Of a DNA stretch of 64,000 nucleotides, positions 54,853 to 64,000 are shown in pieces; the first letter of the stretch is position 1; each line of letters opens with the position of its first letter. The notes under the pieces are model-generated. The model had not been told where the DNA came from. It saw only the letters and a program-made list of their open reading frames with translations, and made no database searches. The position numbers were made by a program, and so were the translations under genes. The DNA is from Daphnia carinata (lineage: Eukaryota). Location of the stretch: contig NC_081331.1 in NCBI RefSeq assembly GCF_022539665.2, positions 744,001-808,000 of the forward strand, read 5' to 3'.

Positions 54853-56268
54853 TTTTTGTTTTTCTTTTCTGTTTCATTTTTACAGCCAATGTAGAACATA
54901 TTATCAAAATTTGATCTGTGATTGTACTGAAACATTCCAACACCTGTTTGAGGTACCCTAACGAATGACGCTGGAAGTCAATCCCGGATGCCGTTGTTTG
55001 TCCTAAACTTCCCTTTTTTTGTAGTGGTTGTTATGAGATTGCTGATGTTTTTTTTTGCTCATTGCTGCGCGATGATTGAGCTGCATAATTTTTCCTGCAT
55101 CAGCTTCCATAAAACCTAATGGTTTTGTTAAATAGAATACACATCTATACTTTTGAAAAACGAAAAATGTTTATATTGTCTTGCCTTCAATCTTTCTTGT
55201 CACGATGCTCGTCGTTCCATCAACCTGTCGGGCGCATTCTGGGAATTCCGTCCTGACATGTAAAAATAGAATGCTATAGCGCTGCTGGCAACACTGCTAT
55301 CCAGGATGCTCAAAAAAAGAGAAGAACATTATTGTTGTCGTTTACATTCGATGATACGGTGGCTTTGGCACGGGCTCGTGTAGCGTGAGTAGGCATTGCC
55401 AAAAGGGAAAGCAACAATGTTTCACGCTATTTCACGGTAAAAAGTAGGCTAAAGAATTGTAGACGTCTACACGCCTGATTTGAACGCGAATGAAAATGTT
55501 GGTTTTAAACTTGCGTTCAGTACATTTTATTGCGTCCCCAGTTAACTCAGTTTCCCTCCCCTGTCTGACATTCATCTCTCGTGAGCGTGTCGCTCCTCGC
55601 TGACCGAGTTTCATATTTCCATTGGCTGCGCAAGATACCGCCATGTTGGCTTCCGGCAAGATGATGCATACTTAAGAAAGCGTTAGCTCACAAACCCCAG
55701 CAACAAGAAAACAAAGCCTTACTGCGTCTCTCGAAAAATAAGAACGTGAACCACCTATATAGGTTAGCACAGGGAAGAGATTTCCTGGATGGCGTTGCCT
55801 TCTACGCTCCACAATTGTCTAATTAAGGTAATAATTCTAATGAAATATATATATTTTTTAATTAATCGTAAAACAAAAAAGTAAAAGGAAGGTTAATATT
55901 CGCACCTTATTACGTAGAAAAAGACGTTTTAACACCTGAAATCTTAGGGCCAAAAACAGCACGACAACGTAACAGGGAAAAAAAGTAATAACTGAGACAC
56001 ACTGGCAATAAATGCGTTTACGACGGAATCTGAGCTGAAATGAAGCAACAGCAACAAAAAATCTTTAGTTGTTGCGCCCCTCTTCGGTCAGAAGTCGCGT
56101 GACTTTTGATGAATCACTGCCCGAAGGACAGACCATTTTATATGGCAGATATATGCTATGCTCTTCTTTCTGTACGCTTGATCAGTTACAAATCAGTTGG
56201 AAGGGAGAAAAGATCCTCACCACAGGAGATCACGTTTAGTCTCTTATAGATATTTATTAGACAGCAAG

Positions 56269-56925
56269 ATGAGATTTCACAGCGTTTTCATTATCTATTG
56301 TTTGCTTGTGATCATCGAAGGTGCGTTAATTATAGAAAGAATTGACAGTTTTATTTCTAAAACGTTGTTTTTTTTCAAAACGTCATTTTCAGTTGTGCAT
56401 CAAGTGACAGCCGATGAGAGTGACCGATGGAATTTTAAACGACCTTTTCAAGCAATTTCCGATATGGTTTTGCGATACCGACACGCTTTCTCCTCGAAAA
56501 TGTCATCCAAGCGCAAGAACTTTGTCAATTTAAGTGAAAGTCATCCAGCTCAAACGCCGTGGCTATCCGGATTGGCATCGGCTTCATCGGATTGTAAAAC
56601 AGCACACGTTGATAAATTCTACAGAGTCTCTTACCCATTAAATCAAGCCGTCCGAAACTATTCACCGCACAATGACGAATGGCGGCCAAAAGTTCATCAG
56701 CAATTTCGTTCGGTGTGGAGCTCAGCTGACGAAGAAAACAAGGATACCTTGGATGGCAATCAATTCTGGCCAGGGGATAAAACAACGGGTTACAAGGGAT
56801 TGAAATCCGACAAGGATTCGTACTTGATGGCGCTAGAACATTTTAGATTGCGCTGTGAAATGTTAATGGACCCTTACGACTGTATCTACTCCAGCCATTT
56901 AAATCGATTGAAATACAAGTATTAA
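56269..56925 (+). CDS. Secreted protein, array member 2 (DSY..AL...C-x8-C motif)
   Basis: Exon 1 56269-56320 (MRFHSVFIIYCLLVIIE), phase-1 72-nt intron, exon 2 56393-56925. Motif DSYLMALEHFRLRCEMLMDPYDC. Confidence 0.8.
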   Translation: MRFHSVFIIYCLLVIIEGALIIERIDSFISKTLFFFKTSFSVVHQVTADESDRWNFKRPFQAISDMVLRYRHAFSSKMSSKRKNFVNLSESHPAQTPWLSGLASASSDCKTAHVDKFYRVSYPLNQAVRNYSPHNDEWRPKVHQQFRSVWSSADEENKDTLDGNQFWPGDKTTGYKGLKSDKDSYLMALEHFRLRCEMLMDPYDCIYSSHLNRLKYKY

Positions 56926-58212
56926 TGAACTTGGTGCTCGTAAAATGTAGCGGAAGCAATCCGCAATAAACCGGATACGTACGAATGGGAAAATGAAAGA
57001 GCCAGCGGGCGGAAGGCAGTGCACTCGCGTGTGGTCTCAAATATGCAAAAATGTTGATGCATGTTGGAGTCGTTCATTAGCATTTAGTACATCTGTTTGA
57101 AATTAAAGGGACGAGTGCCACGATCGTTGCTGGCACAAAAAGAGCCCCGGTCCTTCATTACACACATGCCAGTTATGCATAGGTACATCTACCGCGGGTT
57201 TCTGCACTGACCTTGCTCTTGGAGACGTGTTCTCTTAGACTCGTGTGTGTCTTCAGGTGAACTATTTCTTGCATTGCAGCAGCTGTTGTGCTGATATGCT
57301 AGGAAGGCACTTTGCGGGGAATTATTTCCACTCGCTATATGTTTAAAGCTGCTACAACAGGCTCTCCACTGTAATCTTGTCAGTTCCCATCAAACATCTG
57401 CAAACGCAAAAATTGTAACGGATGCGGACAGTAAAAAAAAGAGACAAGAGTTTTTTTTACGATAAAAATAATTTGCCAGTTGAGGGTGAATCAAATTATG
57501 CAACACAAGGCCCCTGATTTGTTTCATACAGATTCATTGGATAAAATAGAGATAAAGCAATTGAACTGCTCAGATGTGGCACAAATGCCATTCATTCTAT
57601 ACGGTAATGTTTACCAGTGGAGGCTATGAGTTGGACGCGGCCATTTATTGTTATCGCTGTCAGCTAGTTAACGTGAATGTGCTGAAATTCCTGACCTACC
57701 AAGTAGGGGAAGATAAATAGTAAAATTGGCTAAAGATGTCGTGACACAAACTTGTTGGGAATCTGACACAAATCTAACGGGTAAAGTGATAACGATCACC
57801 GCTAATCTGCTGTAGAATGCAAGGAGGGCAGTAGGGTAATGCGCAAAAAACAATGCATTCCAAGTTAGAATCACGAGGGAAATATTTGCGTACCGCGTGA
57901 CAATCCACCGGACTTTTCCTTGAAAATTAAATGAGATAAAAGCGGAGAATGGCCAAAAATCTCACCGGTTTACTTAAAGACCTTTTAGACCATTACGCCA
58001 CCAACATCGTTGCAAGTACCGTAAGAATACTGACAATTTAAAAAACCACATGGGGCCGATTGACTACATTTCTTTGAGATATGATTATTGTCGTAACGTT
58101 TCGATGCTTCGCTCGTTGAAATCAGTGTAGTTGTAAGGATTCTGCGTTTCGGAGAACAGTACCAAACAAGTTGGAAGAGAAGAAAGGTCTATATCTTCCA
58201 ATTTTGTGCATC

Positions 58213-59053
58213 ATGGATGTTCGCATTGTTTTCATTGTTTTGGTTTTTTTCTCAATTCAAGGTACAAATCAACGTTCCTATTCATACGTGTATCTAACCT
58301 AAGACGTGCAATTCATTCGATCTTTAATGGCACGCTGGATCAGTGTGCACTATTTCAGCTAAATGGAGAGAACGATGGAATGTCAAGAGTTCCTTTCCAG
58401 CATCCATGGCCACTCAGCTAATCCAGCGGATTTCTTCGACCCAAAAGCCCTCGAAGCGTATTAGCTCCAGTCAACAACACAATCCAAGTCAAATCAATTT
58501 TTTATCTGGATCACGTTCCCAGCCAAGTCTTGATATCGGAATGCCTGGCGTGTCAATTAACCGTCTCGTTGATACGTCACGATATCAGAGTAGCACGAGA
58601 AATAGACTCAGCGACACTCACGGTAATGAAAACACAGAACCCGAAGCAATCCCGCCTGTGAAGCCGGTCCACTCTAGACATTCTTCTCACGTGCTGAGAG
58701 CTAAACCTCATCCGTGGTTTCCGACATTAACTGCGAATGCGCTGGAAGATGATTCCTATGTAAGAGCATTAGAATTGTCAAGGCTTCCGTGTCAAAAATT
58801 GGAGGATCCCACCGATTGTTACGATTTCAGCCGTTTGTTTCCTAGCAACCAACAACTCGGCTTGGAATATGATGCTCATTCTGCTGGTGAAGGTTTGAAA
58901 AATAGTCCTACGTCGAGTGCTTTAGATTTCTCTCTCTTTCACCTACTTCAAATCAAAGAAGATGTCCGCTTGCAAAGTCCATATTTGTTCTTTTCGCCAA
59001 ATAATATTGAATTTACTGTTCAATATATAAGACCGAGTGCATCCATATCATGA
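58213..59053 (+). CDS. Secreted protein, array member 3
   Basis: Exon 1 58213-58261 (MDVRIVFIVLVFFSIQ), phase-1 intron, exon 2 58344-59053. Motif DSYVRALELSRLPCQKLEDPTDCY; C-terminal LQSPYLFFSPNNIEFTV. Confidence 0.82.
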
Positions 59054-60179
59054 TATTTCAAAAGAGAACGTTTTGTTTATAACGTATCATCCTGATGGCT
59101 TCCTTATGTGTACAAGTAGAATAACTAATAGTGTGATAGGTTAGTCTCAACCATCAGTCGCAATCGACGAACGTTTGAAATTTCTATGCAAATTTCAATG
59201 TTCATGATTGTAATTCTAATACACAATCATTGTTTTTATGTGTCTTTATTTCGTGCATGTTTTTGAAAAGGTGAAATACCAAATTAGATGGTAGAGGTGA
59301 TGTGAAAAAGAACAGCATTCTACACCTATACCGCTTCTCATTACAACAATTATGGAACGTTGGTAATTACAAATAGCGGGAAATTCCAATTCAAAAAGAA
59401 GTGCTTCCTGTACGCTTCGCCTACGTACGGTTTGTCTGGAATATACAAAAAAGCAGTCGTATAAATGCAAGATTAGGAAGGCCATGTTTTACGATGATCT
59501 TTTATTTACTCTACGCACGTTACGGGCAACGGCTGCTAAACGCAGCGTGACGACACGGTGTCAAAAAACAAGAACTTGCGAGCCTCGCAGTAATTCAACC
59601 GTCGAAATTCCAACGCTGTTATTCAATTTCCAAGGTCGGACTCCAATTCATTTATCGTCTTTAAACCAGAGCGTCCAGACACCGCGTTTAACAGGAAAAC
59701 ACGTCACGATGGCGACACTGTGAGCATCTGTTATTTGTAAGGTAAAGTTAACGCAGAATCAAAAATGTCTTCAAATTAATATCCTCTTGCTCTTGGCAAT
59801 CGACAAAGGAAATGCTTGGGGTCTATCGTTTACACTCTTTGACAAAACTATTAAACTTGGTGGGTTCAGGATTTTTTTGGTTCCCAAGACACCTCACCTC
59901 CAGCACAACTACCGTTGGGGGAATATCACAAGGAAAAAAACAAATGAAGTGTGCTAAAAGTCAATTGCATTTATTGTAGCGTGCAATGTACGTTAACTTC
60001 CGGCGAACCTTCACGAAGAGGAGGTCTGAACCAAACTCTAGCGCAACGTCGATGACTAGTATATGTACGTGTCCCACAATACATAGCTGATCAGTAGTGA
60101 GCAAATCGTAAGTGAAGAAGGATACACTCGTCCATGCAGAAAGTTATTGCGTCCTTGTATTTGCTTCCGTGAGGAAACC

Positions 60180-60980
60180 ATGAAAATTTCCGGTGCCACA
60201 ACTAGTTTCTTGGTCGTTTTCGGAGGTGATGGAATTTGTTTTAATTATTACCTGTGTGAGTAAAAAAAAAATTGTTTTTTTTTTTTTTTGTGGCCAACAG
60301 TTTTGCAAATGTCATGTACTTCCAGCTCGCTATCCATTAAACAACTATGGAGAAACAGGCGGATCGACATAAGGTTTTTCCCAACCATGCTGAAGCAGCT
60401 ATTCCCTCGAAGATTGCCTGGTTTATGGCTGACAAGGATAAAACAGAGAAATGCAGTCAGCTTAAATGAACATGTCGATCCAGGTCAAGTCTGGTTAACT
60501 GGATCGGTTCCAGCACGTCGAACAAGTACTTCACACTATGTAAACCCTTACGTATTGGGCAGCGATTCGTCGCGAAAGTCAGGTCTAATGAATTTAAAAG
60601 AAGAAAACGAGCCCTACAATTGGGGACAGGGGGTCAAGGTGTACATGGAGGCAGATATACGTCCTTCTATTATGAATTACTTGGATGATTCAGCGACAAA
60701 AGTACCGGAATCAAATCATCTTCATGAAACGACGTATTCTGAAACAGATTGGTTACGAAAACTTCCGTGTCGGAATTTCGAAGACCCGTACGAGTGCTAT
60801 AATTCTAACCAGTTCTATCATCCTGTAGGATTGGATATGGGTGAAAGTAACGTGCCTTTTCAGAACAACGTCGTTGGGTACTATGACAATTCACCGTTTT
60901 CCTCTGCTTCCGAGAAAACGAGAACTTTCGACATTTCTATCGACTTGAGAAAGAATAGGAAAGGTGCATGGAGTGTGTAA
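60180..60980 (+). CDS. Secreted protein, array member 4
   Basis: Exon 1 60180-60225 (MKISGATTSFLVVFG), phase-1 intron, exon 2 60301-60980. Motif RKLPCRNFEDPYECY; also NWGQGVKV. Confidence 0.8.
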
Positions 60981-62750
60981 AACTTTGTCGTCATGTTAGT
61001 TATAGCAACGTTGTTTGGTTTGGGGAAAAAGAAGCCCAACACATAAAATCGAGTTTATCCTGTTTATCGTCGCCGACTTTCATTGTAATACACGGGGCCA
61101 TATTTGCCTATTTTCCCAGTATTGTGATTTTATATAGCATCTGCGTTCTTTGCTTTAATAACGAATGAAGGGTACAAATCTTATTGCTTGCCATCTCAGG
61201 GAATGCTAAGCGTTTCCCGTTTTATTCCGTTAAATTTCTAAATGGCCGGCTGTGGAAATTTATTCACCTTTCTTTGAGTTTGTTGGTAAATCACGTGCAG
61301 AGTCAGCATCTACCTTAATCGAATTAGAAACTTGTAATTGCAAACGTGGCTGTAATTCAATGGAAAATAGGAGACTGCTCACGGTTTAATTGTTTCTTTT
61401 TCGTGCAGTTTCTAACAGTTTCAGTGCCTGTAGGGAAGAGGATCGAGATCAGATTTTACCTGAAGAAAAACACAAAGTTCCTGCCAAAATAAAATATTAG
61501 AAATGGCTTTATAATTCACAAGGGGCAATTGAACAAAAGTCTAACAAGGGTGAAGAAACTTACCGTCGTCGTTGGAAAATAGCCATAGAAACACGACTAT
61601 ATCCGAATCATTCAGTTGATTAAAGAAGACTGCCCAGCATGAAAGAAAAGCATACACGTTACTCGAATGTTACCTTGTCTATAGGCCTGAAACAGTTAGA
61701 GATATACCTAAAAAAAAAAGACAACAACAAAAAACTAGAGACTAATTTAATGTAGGACATTTGACATGGTAATTGGCCAACATCTTCACGGTCTAATCGT
61801 CCTTCATGCTTCAATACCAATTAAAGCAGTTGAATTAATTTTTACTGTGATGGTTCAGTAAATAGCGGGCATTGTTACAAGTGAAACGAAAACACATGCA
61901 GGTAACCAGGAAAGAAGATTACAATGTCGTTTAACAATATGAATTGCGTCGCCAGTTAACTCACGAAAAGCCCTTTTGTGTTATCGCAAAGCCGCGTTCA
62001 AAATTCCATTTCGGAAAGCGCACATGTATTCGGTGGTGTCATTAAAAGGAAAATCAATTAAGAAGCTCGGAATGTTCTTTTATAAGCGACAATATCCACA
62101 AGATCGTTGGTGAAGAGGACTGAATTTGAATACAATGAAATCATGTAACGTTGAAAGGATCTATGTTGGAATGGGCCAAGAGTCAACTAGTTTAGTCAAT
62201 TCCGTTTTTTAAATAGACTGTTGTGAAAATAGGTACGAAGAGAGCAGGAAAAACAAGTTGTAGGACAGATTGCTTATATGTGTGCATACCTCGTTCAGCA
62301 ATTACATACAGCGAAGCCATAAGGCGAATGCGGTTTATGGGTTCATTAATAAAAGAAATTCGTGACCGGATAGAATTTTTACGTTTAGTAGTTCAGGGAA
62401 ATGTTCGTAATGCTTTTATTAGTATAGTTTTAATATGGGTAAATGAACAGCGCACATGTATGGGCTTCGGCGTGCTGTTTCGTGCATTGTTGTATTCGTT
62501 CCAGAACCCCATGCTGATGGGAGTTGTAGCTTTGTAATGAGTTTGTTAGAGGATAGGGATATCAAAATAGCACCAACTTTCACGCGGTGTCCACTATATT
62601 ATTGTCACCGCTTTTTAAAACAAAAGACCGCCTTACATGCCCCAAAGAAAATTATATAAATACCCGTGTTCACTGTTAAATTTACCTGAGTAGTGATCAA
62701 GTTGGACGAGAAGAAGGATCTCGCAGGCCTCTCTATTTATGTAAACGAGA

Positions 62751-63948
62751 ATGAAGTGTTCCAGGATTATGGTCTTTTTGCTTTTGCTGGCACTTGGAGG
62801 TAAATACAAAGGTCCAATTAATTATTATTCGTTTACAAGAGACTCTCAATTGTTTTGTTAGTGTTGCAACTGGAAGGAAGCCCAATTGCGAATGGCAGAG
62901 GACACGGTAGATGGAAACGATCTTTGGAGGCAATAGCAAGAAAATTGATTCGACGAGCTGCTTCTCCAGCGACGTTATCAAAATACAATCTGAAGTTTAT
63001 CAATCTAAATGAGGAGTTGAAAGGCAAGGAAAAACAGCCGACTTATCCTGCAGCATCGACTTCTAAGCCAACTTCGCGTCCAGCTGCCAAAGAAGGTGTG
63101 CACGATAAAAAGAAGAAAAAGGCAGGATTAATCAACAAAGATGTGCATGGAATATGGGGCCCAGGAATCAACGTAGAGGTTCAAAAAGATGCTCCGAGTT
63201 CTCTTCTAAGTTTTGTTCTTAAAATGATGAAGATCCCGCGGACGAAATCAGGCAAGACCTCCAAGAAAATTGTGAAATCGCTACCTCCTTCGCCATTGTC
63301 CGTCCCACCGATTCCGCCCGTGGCCATCCCGAAGGAACCCGAAGTGGATTCGTATTTGGTGGCGCTGAAAGAATCGAGAATTCCCTGTCAGTCTTTGGAA
63401 GATCCCACCGACTGTGACGACTTTACGTTGTTGTTTAAGCCGTCTTGGTACCCGCAGGCTTCGAACTTGATCCCACCGGAAACCACGCCCTTTCCTCCAC
63501 ATTCTACAACGAATATTCGTCATCTTTGGCCAATTTTATTGACCCTTCGCAATTGAAATTGGTTCAACCAGCGTCAGACTCGAACGACTTCCTTCTACAA
63601 AAACCCATTTTATTCCTTTCGCCGAATATTAAGTTCACCATCTATCATCATTCACCGCCTACTTTAGGCTCCTTAGGCGACGAGATTGCTTTACCATCTA
63701 TTGACATCGCGATGGAAACTGAATTGTCTTCCATTGACTCATCATCCGCCGAATTGTTGGCAGAAGACGAATCACCTTATGGCCGATCGTCAGATGAATC
63801 ATCTACACTTCAATCGTCAGGTGAATCACCTACTCTTCGGTTGTCAGGTGAAGGTGAATCACCTGCGCTTGATCCCATGGTCGATACGACAGGAATGAAT
63901 ATCGTTGGACCTTTGTCCGCAATGAACGTTGCACCAGTTTCAACATGA
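62751..63948 (+). CDS. Secreted protein, array member 5; frameshifted (1-nt deletion near 63451-63454) in this sequence
   Basis: Exon 1 62751-62799 (MKCSRIMVFLLLLALG), phase-1 intron, exon 2 from 62862. Motif DSYLVALKESRIPCQSLEDPTDC. The frame ending at 63948 carries LQKPILFLSPNIKFTI, homologous to the C-terminus of member 3. TATATAAA at 62653. Confidence 0.75.
63769..63870 (+). repeat. Degenerate 27-nt coding tandem repeat (E-S-[PS]-x4-S-[DG])
   Basis: Units begin GAATCA at 63769, 63796, 63823 and 63856. Confidence 0.7.
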
Positions 63949-64000
63949 GCTGTGGTTTTGGCATTGATTTGCTTATAAATTATGTACACTATCTTTTTGT

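Overview
Eukaryotic, AT-rich genomic DNA with many 55-120 nt GT-AG introns and long homopolymer runs. Gene content and style suggest a branchiopod crustacean such as Daphnia (inference). Positions 1-10 kb have no supportable coding gene. Then follow: a 19-exon NMDA receptor GluN2/NR2 subunit gene with a +1 frameshift just after TM4 (10221-23041, +); two tandem SLC26A11-like anion transporters (24899-27400 and 29021-31878, +); an RNF168-like RING E3 ligase (-); two small secreted proteins and a cryptic spliced ORF (35.4-38 kb, -); Sec23 with a Gly/Pro/Met-rich insert and a candidate microexon (-); a secreted Thr-rich bis-Cys protein (46088-46728, +); and arginine kinase (50922-52289, +). The most novel element is a tandem array at 54.1-63.9 kb of four, probably five, divergent two-exon secreted-protein genes. 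They share a motif I do not recognise, D-S-Y-h-x-A-L-x3-R-h-P-C-x2-h-E-D-P-x-D-C, plus a conserved 5' leader DNA motif. The last member has a frameshift. All exon models were read by hand; no database searches were run.
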